From Balanoglossus misakiensis (Eukaryota; Animalia; Hemichordata): a DNA stretch of 64,000 nt. The notes beneath the pieces are model-generated. The model saw nothing but the letters and a program-made list of their open reading frames with translations, did not search any database and was not told the DNA's origin. Where the stretch lies: NCBI GenBank assembly GCA_040954595.2, contig CM082591.2, positions 11,239,309-11,303,308 of the forward strand, written 5' to 3'. Of the stretch, positions 10,301-25,300 are shown piece after piece. Both the position numbers and the translations under genes were made by a program. Each line of letters starts with the position of its first letter. Position 1 is the first letter of the stretch.

Positions 10301-13300
10301 CCTTTGCCAGGAAATTTGAGGGGGATTCCACTCTGGCAAAGGGGGACTGTAATACTTTAACATGTGAATGGCATCATTTTAAGGGGCACTGGTCCCCCCT
10401 TGACAAATAGGTAGGGGGTGCCAACATGTCAGCAGGGGGTGAATCCCCCAATCCCCCGTCTAGATGAAACGCTGTACCTGTAAAAATCTGCAGACTTTTT
10501 TATAATGTTCCAAATTAGATTTGAAAATCATGCTTATCTCAGTATCTGCCATATCATACAGTACATGGCTGTACAGGTGTGCCACCATATGCTGTGTGTC
10601 CTCTATCAAACATAACTTTTAAAAGCTTGAGTCAATTTTAGGATCTCTAGAAATTTCTCTGAGTCAGCCCTATGCATTTACATGTAGTGTGGATAATTTT
10701 CTTGATTCACCATTGAGTTTGAGTCAGTGGCGCATCATATAGGCTTAGAGGAAGTTAGAGGGCACTCTGACCATGGTGAATCTGCACATCTGATTGATAT
10801 ATTTTCAAACTGGCCGAGTCAGGAAGAATGTGTTATAACAACCTACATGTACCCAATGGCTTCTCTGTCTAAAACATGCTGTCTTATGATTTTCTTGTAG
10901 TGAAACTACAAAAATTCCATTGCTGGATGTCTGAACATGAGCGTACAAGTAACGTCAATTTTAACCAACTACATCGGAAAATATACTAAAATTATTCTTT
11001 GCGACCAAAAATACTGCTAGAGTGAAATTTTCATTGTAATCCAACCTATTATTATTCTGATTATGATATTTGTTGTTTAATGAGGTTATGAAGATAACTC
11101 ATAATTTGATTTATCATAATGTTCCTAAACTTGCTTTTATTGATTCATGAAACCACTTCCAATTATCGGACATATACAATGTATTAGACAATATTCTGAA
11201 ATTAAATAGGGATTTTCCTTATCAGTTAAGTGCTCTTTGTTAGCGATGTTTATGGTTGTAAACAACAGGAAACAGGTTACTGTACATGTAGCCATACTAT
11301 TGGTACGTGTTAACAATATCGAGTAATGTTTTTCTACAATCTTACATATGTCTAAGACGACCATGGTAATAGATGTTGTTAGCTAAACAACAGAGGCTAA
11401 GATTTATATCATACAGTGTTTAAATGATAGGTGATACAATAAGTGTGCGAGAAGTTGCAGGAAAATAAGATGTACAATTAATTTGAAGTGTTTATGATAA
11501 AAAGTTAATATTTTAACATATATTTAAAGGCACGTAAGCTGTAACTTTTGCGATAATTTTCATAATTTTTGTTTCAAACTGCACTACCATTAGTCCATGC
11601 AGATGAAGGTAGTGAGCAATACACAAGCATTATAAACCCTAAATATGAGTGCATATGCAAGTTTTAACCAGATAAATAATAAACCTTTGCCGCAAGCGAT
11701 TATGGCCGCCACCGTGGGAAAATGCAAGAAACAATGAAAATGTTGCATTTCCGGTTGTGAAACTTCATAAGCAAAACATGATCTCATCCACCAGAGTTTC
11801 CGGTTACGCAAAAATGTGCGTAATACACGCAATGGAAAATTTCTATACGCATATTGAACCGACAAGTGCGTCTGGCGTACGCAATGAAATGGACTCTGTT
11901 TTCGCCATTGAAAGTTCGAGCTAACAAAAGACTCATCAAACGACCGAAAAACTAGACAGCACCTTGTGCACGCTTACATGTTTTGAATAAAATTGCAACA
12001 TTCCAAACCATTTGCGCAGACGCTTGACCATGATAAAAATTAAAATGTAACAATTTTCGTTTAGCGCGCGTTCTAATCATCATGCCATGCGTCACGTACG
12101 TGTAATATCGATCAACATGGCGGCAAAACAGTCAACTTTATTTTCATTTAAATTTACGTCGAAATCCTATACTGATAATGGAAAGAAAGCCACTGAAATC
12201 GATGATTCGGAACACCAAGAGTCAGTGGGGGATGCCCTACCAGTGAAAAAAATGCGAGAGAATGCAAAGACTGGCCACACAGAATTCAAAGATCAGTGGC
12301 TCGCCGAGTATCCGTGGTTACGGCACGACGTCGACGAAAGCGGCGGAAAAAAAGACACTCGTGCTTTTCTGTAAGGTTTGTGAAAAATATGGCAAAAAGA
12401 ATGCTTTCACGCATGGTTCTCGTGATCTTCAAAAATCGGCCATCAAACGGCATATATGCAAGGCACTGATCATAGAGAAGCGACGTCATTTGTCTGTAAA
12501 CGTAAAATCACGTCAAAAGCTGTTTGGTCTGTTTAGAATTCTTTTTGGTTACAATGTGTGCCATTTGAAGTGTTTTGCGTTATTTTGCAACAGTCTGCTA
12601 ATGGATGTGATATGAATACATTGTACGCATTTAAATCACCTTCGTACGCATTTTTATTGACCTCTTGCGTATGGCATACGATTGGGGAAAAAAACTACCG
12701 GAAACTCTGATCCACTTGAGCTCATGGAAGTAAAATGTACACCACTGAGACATCAGATTTTCATTTTTCATTGCAATATTGCACTTTTTTTTAAATTGCA
12801 GGAATTTTCGTTTTTCTTTAATTTTTGGCCATTTTGTCATAAATAAGTGTTGAGCTTGATATATTATCATGAAATAGCATTTAATAGACATATTTAAAAG
12901 CATATATGAGATTATTTAAAACTTTAATTTTTTATCCAGTTGCAGCTTACGTGCCTTTAATCAAAATGAAATTTTATCAGATTATCATTGATGGGGGGGG
13001 GGGGGATAGATTAGACTGCAAAAAAATAAAAACAAATATGTAATTACAGTAATTACAGAATCGTTCCATTTTTGTATGGAATGCTACATTGTGCTGCCGT
13101 TGTCATGGAAACTGTACCTGCTTATGAACTGACATTTGCATCCAAAAAGGCCCACATGTACAAGTTTGGAACAATGGCCACAATACAAGTTTTACACAGG
13201 AACTGCCAAATGGCAAGACTGTCAACAGGTGTTAAAAAAACTGAATTATTTTGAACAAATATTGTACATTGTTTTTGTATAGTACATTTTCTGTGGTAAC

Positions 13301-16300
13301 ACCTCACACACCCACAGGACTGGAAATCAATAGATTTAGAAACTGTCAAAACTTCTAAATTACCAAGAAATGTTGTGGTGAGTCAAAAGGGAAAATGAAA
13401 GGCTTAAAGAGATATTAGTCACACAGACTTAACTGCTCTGTGGGTACATCAATCTTATGTAAACAACTGTAAATTTACTTATAAACTGCCAGATGTATCT
13501 AGCTGTTTGCAGTGTACATGTATGTACATGTACATTGTAGTCAAGAGAAAAAACCAACTGGTTTGAATGGGTGGTCATGTACAATGTACAGTGCAGCTTA
13601 GGAATAGCTTTCCAACTGCACCAACACTGGGTCAGCTCTGTTTAAACACTGGGTCAACTCTGGGTTGGCACCCTATTGGCGCTCTAATTAGCACCTATTG
13701 GGCTTGTGTTTAACTGGGGTGTTCCAAAACAATAGGGTGCGCCAAGGTGCTAACACTGAACAATGCCAAGTGCCAGGGCCAACAGATTCACACCTTTGTA
13801 ACACTTGGAACACACAGGCTAACACTGTGTGCCAAAACAATAGGGTGCGCCAAGGTTTAACACCTTTGTAGCACATGCTAACACTGAACAATGCCAAGTG
13901 CCAGGGCCAACAGATTCACACCTTTGTAACACTTGGAACACACAGGCTAACACTGTGTTGGCTCATTATAAACACCGTGTCAGCAAGTTGTTAGCAAATT
14001 GGAAAGCTATTCCTAAGCTGCACTGTATACTACAGCCTAGCCACTGAGTTACACACACTTGTTCGTTTGGCAGGTCTACATACATGTACATTTTGTATAT
14101 ACATACATATAATGTCAGTCAGCCCAAATTCAGGTAACAGTACTGTAAATGGGATTGAAAATTGTCTCTTAAGATGGGTCCCTGGGATCTTTTTGCTCGT
14201 TGCTATGGGCCTTTATAGGACACTACACTCAATTTTGATCGAAACCGTTATGAACGTCCGACAAGGGGCTTGTAACTAGTTAAAAATACGCACGATTGTG
14301 TGCACACCCCCTGTCTGAGTATGTTTACGTCAACTACCGCCCGGCCATAGGCCGCCACGCTAATACGGCAAAGCAGCGGTCAGCGATAGCGTGCGCGTCC
14401 TGTAACCACAGTAACTGGATCGAACGCTCAAAATCCAACGTTTTGTACACAGAGATTTTGTACCGTTCACGAAAATCCCTAAGGCTTTTTTCACAGGCGA
14501 CGTAGGCCAGCCAAATTTGACCTGCTTGTTGAGAACGCACTTCCGTGTGACGGATCGTTTTTTCGGTTTTCGTCGTGCTAAGAAGCGATACCAGTGGAAG
14601 AGTGCGTCCAAAGACACCCAAAATCGATGACTTTTTCAGGTGTGGTACGGGTATGCTGAAATCGTAGGATACAACGATAATATTCGAAAACAAAATCCGT
14701 CACGATCTTCCCTGGTTCAAGCAACTAATGAATACGTATCAAGTTCGTTTTTGAGGTCACGGAATAAAAAGCCTTAGGCTTTTGAAATTTGACCTAACTA
14801 ATTTGCATATCAATGGCGTCAGGGGGCGCGCGCTCACAATCGTGCAGATTTTCAACTAGTTACCAGCCCCTTGTTAGACTCTGAAAACGGCTTAGTCCAA
14901 ATCGGGGTGTAATGTCCTATAAAGGCCCATAGCAACGGGCAAAAAGATCCCAGGGACCCATCTTAAACCCCGGTGCGGAAAGTACTGGGGTTCGGATTAA
15001 CGTGTGTTTGTATAGTTGTTTATTTGGGAGTGGTCGTCGTGCATACATGTAATGACTGTGTAATTGATCTCATGTACATAGAAAATAAGTGAACACTTTA
15101 CACCTCTACGTGATTGACAGCTGTTTGAATGACGTGGTTATTGTTTCCCAGGGACGCTTCTGAAAAGCACTGAAACCAGATTTCTCCCAAAATCATCGTT
15201 GTTTCAAAAGCTTGTGTACTTTTTCGTCGATAACTTTATCAGTTCGTGTTCAGTCTAAAATAAGACATCGTTTCTGCGCATTCGCAATGCAATGCAATGC
15301 TACTGCGCAAGTGCAGAACAGGCCTGGACATGGAATTTGGTCAGGTCATAAAAGGTCAAAGGGAGTTCCTCGTACCATGTTCGTAATTCCCATGTTCGTA
15401 CACATCAAAAACTGGCCACGCTCCTCATCATTGTGTCGATTGTTTCTGTTCTCGGTCTGTCGGAATGGATTGACCATCAACTGTATTATTTCTATTTATC
15501 AGTTTGACCTCCTAAATTTAGTTTACGTGTTGGACATTAGCAAAAACTAATGTTTTAGCAAAAATTAGCATTAGCAAAAACGTATAGTTTTTAAGTAAGT
15601 ACGCGGCATGCAATGGCATTGGCATGTCACTTGGCGCGTACTTGTGTTGACCGTTGAACAGACCAAGCAATCGAACCATTTCCGTATTTCGATAGCATTC
15701 TAACTCGTGTTAAAAGTCATTCGCATTATATATAACCAGATAAACGATTTTGTCGATTTGAGACACATTTTAGCGTATAGTTCGTTGTTTCTTCGCTTTT
15801 GCTAAAGTTAAAGTTGGTCGTGTGTTTGTCTCACCAGCCAGATAAGAGTGTGATTGATAGCGTACCCTATGAACGTAACGTCAAATAAGCTGAACTACAC
15901 ATACGAGGTTCATTACTGACATGCATGTCACGATCAACAAGACTAAGGAATTTTAAAAAGTTTTCCCCATTTTTCCCCAATGACCAGTTACCACGTGTCA
16001 TACATCAATGGAAAGATTACTTTCTTGTTCGTCAGAAAATTGAAAAAAAACGCCGATTGAACGAGTACAATTATACAAAAGAAGCACCAAGAAAACGTGG
16101 TATTACTTGTTGGTCAGGCAGCAAAATATGCTGACATCAGCGTCCACAGCAACCAAAAATTTGATCGATCGTAGCTGGCAAAGTTTTGAATTTACTCCGC
16201 CATTGTGTCCACTGACCTCTCTAGACGATGTTACATCCGAAAATAGTCGAATGAACGGCATATGGGCTTTAAATGAGGACCGAAAACAGCCAAACATAAC

Positions 16301-19300
16301 TCTGCGTACAAACTTCCGCATTAGCTAATTAATATTAATATGTACTATTGCGCATGCGCTCTCCGCGAAGAAACAATGTCTTATTTTAGACTGAACACGA
16401 ACTGTTTATGTTGTGTGTGTTTATAAAGCCAACAACTGTCGTTGTATGGTGTAATTCTTTATGTTTGGACCTGTTTGGGCCGATTTTCACAGAGCCAAGA
16501 TCGTTGGTGTTGTCTGTTGTCAGTCAAACAGCATTAAGATTCACCACTGATTTGGGGGGTCTTTTATACCCCGCACCGGGGTTTAGGAATTCACGTTTTT
16601 GAATCCATCTGAAATTTAGGGTGACATAGAGTAACTGTCCTTTGGGGAATAAATTTGGGCTGCCTCTGCACTTGCATTTACTGTTATAAATTTCTTTTAT
16701 TTAATACAAATAGCTCTCCTATCACAAGAAAAAACTTGGAATTTTGTCTATCTTAGATAATAGAACCTCTGGTGTTTTTGATCCCAATAGAAAGCCTTGC
16801 AGTGATGATTTTAAAGTGAACCGACACCTTCCTTGTACAGAGGTTCTAATAAAATCTTTGTGAAAAACATGAGTGATTTGCGTCGTTTTTATTCACTTTC
16901 ACTTATCGGGCAGCAGCGTAGCGTCGATCTCGATATGTGGTGTGACGTAAGAGACTAGTCACCAGTAGCAGACGCCACCGTGCGCATGCACACGTACACA
17001 GACAGTTGACATGGCTGGCTGCCTCGCAAGTGGGAGCAAAAACAGAGTTGGCAAAAACACGGCGAAAGGTTTTATAAAAGTTTCCGACCCTTCGGTGGAT
17101 AGTCAAAATGCAAATCTAGCTGGAAAATGGGTATCAAACATTGGCATATTATTTCGGTGCTTATTGCTGAGATGATACTTTTGCTTCGGAAATGTTCGTG
17201 TTCAACTCCTGATTTCCTTTGATCACCATATGACGAAACCGAATTTTGGCACTGTAAATCAAAACTCTGATCGGAAGAAAGTAGTGTGACGGAAATACTA
17301 GTAAACACTGTTTTAGTTGCGTACTCAAGCTGTGAATGCATCGCAAAACCATTTCCAAAGACAAAAACGACCACCTGTACCATCCGGAAGCACCACAGAT
17401 ATACTCGAAACATAACAATCGGAGTTTCAGCCTCCCTTTGATCAACAAAGCAGCATCTTTTCACAGCTATTGACCAATGTAAAGGATTGTAGACACGTGT
17501 GGTAGACATTTTCGCGAGAGTGTCAATCGGTTTACTTTCTATTCTTTCGGGAAATCATGAGGGTCCCTTTTATGACATGGGTGACTAAATGTCAAAAATT
17601 ATCACATGGCTTTGTGATATGTCATTCAAGTCCTTATCTAAAGGCCCTGTCAAGACATCGATTTCATGGCAGCACCGGCATTCCTTGACAGTAGAAATAA
17701 CTTCGCATTTACCGCAACGCAGCTACACCATGAGCATGATGAAAGACGAAGCCGATCACCAGTAGACTGACAATGGGCACCTCTTCTCGATCGTCTTTGC
17801 TGTCTACACTTGCCTCTGTACTATTGGAATCAGTTTCACTTGAGTCACCTACCCTCTCATCGCTATTCGGGTTCGTACAAAAATCCAACGATATCTTCGT
17901 TTGACAACTCCATATCGCGTCACTTGGTGATCCACGGGCTTTGTGATCGACTGGGTTGCTCAGCTATTCTTTACTATCAATCACGTGATCTGGCAATGTG
18001 TCACATGGCGCAGTCATTTCCAGATGACGGGCAAGCAATATTTCGGCATCTAGTAAAAGTTTTCCCGAGTATGTTTTTACTTTAGAACCGCCAAACACGC
18101 AACATGTATCGGGTATGTTGCCTCATCAGCCTCATTGCATTTCGTCTGCACAGTCTTTGTCTGCACCACGTAAGTCCACGTTGCTGAAGTTGCCCGTCAT
18201 CTGGAAATTTGAATGCGAACGCAACTGCCACCTGAGCGCGTCTGACGTCATTTGATAGCGAAGAATAGAGACGTTGCGTGACCTTTGACCTACTAGCAGA
18301 CAGCTACTTTAGCGTAGTCTCTTACGTCACACCGCATATCGAGATCGACGTTACGCGATAAGTGAAAGTGAATAAAAACGACACAAATCACTCATGTTTT
18401 CACAAAGATTTTATTAGAACCTCTCTACAGTACAAGGAAGGTATCGGTTCACTTTATTCCACTCTCAATCACAGCCAAAGAACTGTATTTTCCCCCACAC
18501 CCAACCCATCCATTTGTATGGTTGCACATGGATTGTATGGTATCTTGAAATGAAACCTATACGAACAAAATATGCAGTCATGACAATTTTGTGTAGACGT
18601 TCTTTTCAAACCAAGTGTGTTAAACTACCTTTAGAAGGAAAATGAGGGTACAAACTGATGTTGGCCAAATGAATTGCCACCTCTTTAGCTACATGCATGT
18701 ATTATGGGCGTCACACAGGAAGTATAAAGACATTTCTGAACCGTCTCAGGTCAAAACTCAAATACTGGTGTAAATTATTATGTGTGAACGGTCTCAGATT
18801 TGAGACGACTTTGCCAGCCAGAACAGAGCCAATGCAACCCGTTGTCTATGGAGCCGAGCCTCAGCGCTTATACATAAACTATAAATTATAATGTGTGTGT
18901 GCACACAAGGCGACTCAAAGGATTATTTCTCTGTTTACAAAAGGCAAATAGTGTGTGTCTCTGAAACATTTGAGATTTCTACCAGTGACAGTGTGACTGT
19001 GGTATATATTCATTATTGACTTACCAGGATATTGTCACCAGCTAACACTTGTTTTTCTTTTTCCTACCAGGCATTTCAATGGTGGACCTGTTGTTGATTA
19101 TAATGACTTTGGTGCCAAGGTCAGTCTTCAGCTTTGTATTCAATTTCTTCTTGCGGTTGAATTTCTGGCAAATGTCAGAATGCTGCTAGTTTGAGTGGCA
19201 TTTTTCAAACAAAAATATACAATGAGTGGTGTATCACTCAACTGATAGTTGGATACTAGAGAGATAGATACATAGATAATATATACATGTATATTATTAG

Positions 19301-22300
19301 AGTGACGCAGTTTCATGTTACAGATAAAAAAGTTACAAATATTTCAAATTTACATGAAACCCCAACTGAGTATTTCGGCCTCTGAGTCACTTTGCTTAAC
19401 TGAGTACCAAGATGCAGGTGTCAAAAATAAAGTTTATACAACAAAAATTAATAAATCGAAATGATATTTCTTCTCCTTATGAACATATCATATCAGTGTT
19501 TTTGTTAATGGCGGTACCCAGGTAAATGATACCGGGGTTCCTCTTGGTATATCGATGCAGTCATATAAAATGATATCAGTAGATAGCAGACACGTTACCA
19601 GGATTCCCAGGTCATTTACCAGTGTTCCCAAGCCTTAGCAAAACACTGAGAAGACATAGTAAGCATGTTTATCAGAGAACAAATCCTCTAATTTCTCATG
19701 AAGCGGCAGATCCTTTGGTGTGTCTCGAAATTGTGTTCTAATACGTAATAGTAATACTAATGCTTTAGAAATTAACTACCACCCCCATCTGTTGTCAAAT
19801 ACACAGTTCTACAGTAATAGAGCATAGTACTTATCCTGGTACATGTATAAATGCAGTGCTAGTGATGAATCAGCATTTAAATGTCAGAGAATAAATGTAA
19901 ATCATTTAAGTTGATATACATGTACAAAAGCAAAGTTGAGAAAAATATTAATGCTTTTGTCTCATTTAATTTTTCATTTTAGCTAAACAAAAAATTCCGA
20001 AATTGATTTCTGAAAAATTTCTCTGAGTCAGCCCCATACCTTTCCATGTATTGAAGAGAATTTTCTTGAGTCTCCATTGAGTTAGTTGAGTCAGTGGCGC
20101 GTCATATGGGCTTAAGAGGGCACACTGATGTAAAATAGGGAGATGATACAATATACAAAATGTATGTATCATATGTACATGTATCATGGCAAAGAATTCG
20201 TAATACAATTTTTACATACATCAAATTTTCACCAAGGTGTTTCTGTGAATTGTAGGTCTGTCTAGTCTTAACCCTTTCACCACCATGGTTCAGTCCAAAC
20301 CCATTGTTTTCTATGGTAAAGTTGGACCTCTATAATTTATACTAGTATTTAGGGAACTGGGGGTGAAAGGGTTAAACCAAAAAGTTGTTGGTAATAGGTT
20401 ACATGACCTCCTTCTACTCAAAGGGACAAGGTCTCTCTCTCGCTGCCCTTTTCCATTAATTATTTTTGATACAAGACAACGTTTATGAATCAACATTCAA
20501 CCACATACAACTTCCATCCCGTTTGTAGGATATGAGAGTATAAACTCGCCAATAATGAATAAACAACTTGTTTTTGCGAAGGTTGGGGAACATTGGTAAT
20601 GGATTTGGGAACCCCGGTAACATTTCTACAACCCCCTAATATAACTACATTGATACATTCAGGGGAACCCCGGAAATATGACTGGGGAACTCCGGTAGAT
20701 TTTACCTAGTTACCGCCCTTAACAAAAACACTGATAAACGGTAGAGACCGATTATTCATTTTGGCGACTTTTTCTACTCTTGTGTCTACAAGCGAGATGG
20801 AAGGCGTGTGTGGTTGAACGTTGATTCACTATATATCCACATGTATCAAATGTAATTAATGGAAAAAGGGGGCTTTAGACCGGATATAACCTCGATCTTC
20901 AAATGGGCCCTAAAACCAGGGGGGCGTTTGTCCGAGCAGGGGTTCTTACCCGGGCAAGTACGGTATATACTTCAATTACTTTAAGAAATGTATAATTGAG
21001 GTGTGAGGAGCCTCATTCACTTCATTGCATAGGATCAGGACGGCGAATGTTTTGGGCGTGGGGGGGGGGGTCATCATATTTTTGGGTCTGTCAAAGGGGG
21101 GGTCATCATTTTTTGGTCCTGGGTGAAGGGGGGGGGTCGGCCTATTTTTGAAAACCGATGACACAAACTTGCCAACCCCCCCCCCCCCCCCCCCCCCCGT
21201 TAAAACTGAACGGTCCCTAAATGTCCACATGTTTTTACCTTGAAACCTAACAGGCCTGGGAGCCAGGATTCTAGGCACCCTGGAAATCAAACCAGTTTCA
21301 ACTGACTTGGCAGTGTTAGGGTTAATGATTTTGCTTTCAAAATTTCAGTTTGGAGGAAGTCGCTACGCACTGGTTGTATATAACACTGCAGATTGTGCTC
21401 CAAACCAAGCTGCTATATGCACAGCTCCTACCAGTAATGCTCATAAGATGTTAACAACTTTGGAAAGTATTGAGTAAGTCATCTTTGAAATTTTCTAATA
21501 GTTATGAGTTTTCATTACAGCCCCACTTTTTGCGTTGTTTTTATGATTTTAAGTCCATCTAGAAAAGCTTTCTGATAGAGGTATACATGAACCTCTTATC
21601 AATGCCTGATTGTGGCTGTATGTTGCAGTTTGAACAGGTGATATATTAAATGGGTGCCACACCGATTTAATCAGCCTCCATTTAAAAGAGTACTAACAGT
21701 TATGGTATGCATCACCAATAGATGACAAACTGGTGTAGATACAATCAATATGGCTTAATGGTGATGATTCTAAAGAACAGGGGGGAGATCTGAAGTATTT
21801 TATTGTGGGGGGAAAATATGAGAACTTTGGCAGCTCATGGGGCTTTAAAAATATGCACTGTCGGGGGTGTTGGGAGGGGGGGGGGACACAGCCAAACATT
21901 TTCCAGGATCACTACATAGACAATTTTACTGGTCCTGTGGGATAGTGACTATTTTGCTCCAGTGTCCATAGCGGCCCATCTTTTTATGGGAGTACCCCCA
22001 TCCCCTAGTGATGAAGCATTATCCATTATCACTGTTCAGTGTTCTCTTTAATTTTTAAACATGAACATGTATGTAGAAGCAGAAGGGTAATTGTGACCAG
22101 TACTACCCTCTAATTTTAAAGAACATTAATTATGGAAGCCTATTAACCCTTTCAACACCGTGGTTCAGTCCAAATCTGTTGTTTTTAATGGAAAGGTTGG
22201 ACCTCTAAAGAGGGAACTTGAACTTGAAAGGGTTAAAGGGCAAAGTCGCTCTTTTTGACCCTTGACTCGCTTGATTTTATTAGAGGTTCTTACCTTTAAA

Positions 22301-25300
22301 TGTGTCATAAAATGTTTAATCAAATCTGTCTACAATCAGAGTGGAAGTTTTTTACATGCACCATTTGTTAAATGATTAAATGGTGTTGTATTTCAGATTT
22401 TTGTCAGGAGCAGGTGAGAAATACAGTATGACTTCTGAAGGTCTGAGTACTGCATTGCAGTTATTTGATGATATGAAGACTTTACGATATACAAGGTAAT
22501 TATGGTAAAATTCTGAGTTTAAAAATCTTTCTCTTGGTATGGCCCCCACTTTTTGAGGTGGTTTATCTGTTTATGTAAAGCTCACCATGTCAACCAGGAA
22601 ATGATTCCATACAGACCATGGAGTACAACTGATGTGCGAAGTACATTGAAACTTTCCTAGTAAGGATTCCTCTGGGACCACAAAATATGTCCTTAATAGA
22701 GAGGTGTCGTTAATAGAAATGTACGTGTAATATTCTATTCAGACCATTACTTTTGTCTTGTAAAATCTGTCCTTAATAGAGAGGTGTCCTGATTAGAGAG
22801 ATGTCTGTATTGACAGGTCTCACTGTATTATCAACATTTTTAGTTTCACAATCCTTCCACCACCACAAGAGTTTGATGTGGTCTTGTTTATCAATGGTAT
22901 AAATATGTAGTTGGACTGATGTACAGGAAATTGGGTGAAAAGGTTTAGACCAGAATACCACAATATATATTTTCGCAAGTTTTGGCATATTGCTACATGT
23001 ATATATACATTGAATATATAATACAGTGAACTGAAGAAGGGTGACATACTGACAATATATCATGGTTTAAAAACAGAGATTTAGCTCTGGCTCATTTGTA
23101 ATGCAACAATTGGAAAACGGATCAGGAACTTTTTCATTTTAATTCAATTCAATTCTGGCTGCCTTAAATAGGTTTTCACTGTGCTAGAGGGGTCAAATCA
23201 CATTGCATTGCATTCTGGGCGAAAAGTCGACAACCCACTGTAGTAAGAGATAGGAGAAATGATATGTTTACTGTATTTCATGACTTCCTTTGTAGTTAGC
23301 ATATTAAACTCATTAAACTTAATTCCCCTTTTTTTATGTTAAAAAGTTTCAGAATGACCCATCATCACTTTAGCTTATGAACTCCCATTTCTTAAACATG
23401 GCAAAAATCGGCCATCTTGAGTACACGTGCAAAAAAACGGTAATTTTGTTTTGCATTATCTGCTTCCATTGAGGAGTAACAGCGTTTGAAAGTTAGATTT
23501 TTAGTAAAATTTGATCAAATTCACGGTGAGTTGTATTGAATCATAGTTTATTCCCGCCAGGGACACTTTATCGACTAACAAAAATACCGTTTTGTTGGAT
23601 GGGTCATACACAGTCCCCAGTTAAAATTTGAGCAAATTCGGCCAACGCAGAGCGAAGCTATTTTCGTCTGAAGTTGTCAAGAGCAGCGAAAATGCAAACT
23701 GAGAAAAACGGCCATTTGCATTGTTGACACCTATTTGTTAAGCTGTGAACTCATTCAGAAAAGTGCTATTTTTGGGTGATTATGCACCATTTCCGCCAAG
23801 ACGTATTAGTCAGGATGTGGGTCAGTATTAGGCCTACCGATTTATGTAAAAAAGTAAAATTTGGCAAAAATCACAAGTTTTCATGCAATGCCACCTTAAG
23901 GTAGGGAGAATTGTAACAGGTGTGAAATTAGAATTTGGATAACACTGACATTATTTTGGCTATTGTTGGGGAGCATGAATAACTTGTTTTGGAAGCCAGG
24001 TCGTGTTTTCCACGATTATGGTTGGGTTTTTTTACAGTTATCTACAACATCGACAAACATAGCAAGAAATGACACATTGATTTAAAAAAAAAAAATTTAT
24101 TACCAATCTTAACAACAACAACAACAACAACAACAACTACAACAACAACAATAATAATAATAACAATAACAAAATTACTAAGTTCCCTGTGGTAACACTT
24201 GTCTTACCATTAATATGACTACATTGATATACCAAGAGGAATGCTGGTAAAATGACTGGGGAACCCTGGTTACATTACCCTGGTCATCACTTTTGTTCAG
24301 TCCAACAGCATTGTTTTCTATGGTAAGGTTGGACCTGACCGACAATACTGCCAATAACAAAACATTGTTTTATCTTCTCTTTGTATACAGCACACCAATA
24401 CAGAAACATTGTATATTGATCTGCAACTCTCCTCCGTATCCTTTGCCAAGTCAAGATAGTATTAATTACAGTGGATTTACTGCAGAACAATTGGCTGCCA
24501 TGTTGGGTGAGGTATGTACATGCGATGAGAGAGAGACTATGTCCCTTTAAAGATGAGGAATGCTCAATATTTGATTGTCTTCAAAAAGATGACATCAACT
24601 CAAGCCTCAAAAACTCTTTGTTTTAATGTTTGAATTGTTTTTGTCGCATCATGAACAACTTCACATGTGGATGCCATCTTTTGACTCTCAGCAAATGTTG
24701 TATTTCGACAGAGAGGAGTCCATTTCTCAATCATATCACCCCGCAAACTGCCTGAACTCCAAAAACTTTATGACAAAGCGTGTGGTGAAGTACAGATGGT
24801 ACCAATGAAGGATTATGCAGCTGATCCACGCCACATGATACTTCTCAAAGGATATCAACTTGCTGGTAGGTACTATCTGTTCCTAAGCAAATATTTAAGC
24901 AATAACCCCTGCCGCAGGCAGGTATACTCGTGATTTAGGTACAATTCGAGACATACATAGCACGAGCCGTCAGGCGAGTGCTACATTGTATATGGAGCCA
25001 ATTGTACCTAAATCCAGTGTATAACCGATTGAGGCGGGGGTTATTGCTATTATATCAACAATACGCAATATTCGAGATGTATAAAAACGAAAGTATTTTA
25101 GTGTTAAGTGTTGTATGAGGGCGCTGTATATTTGCATCCGGTTAGGGCAAAATTTCAATATGGCTGCCGCTGAAATGTAGGGAACTAATCGTCGGCAGCA
25201 GAAGACGTACCTATATGTATTTATTTTTCTAGTGTTGAAACTTTTAGAATTGTATGCGTCCGCGAGAGCCTAATTTGTTTTGTTATCACATACATAGACC

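Noticed and set aside
21060-21198. G/C homopolymer runs as a regulatory G-quadruplex
   Set aside because: They appear to be part of a small repeat remnant; no independent support for function.
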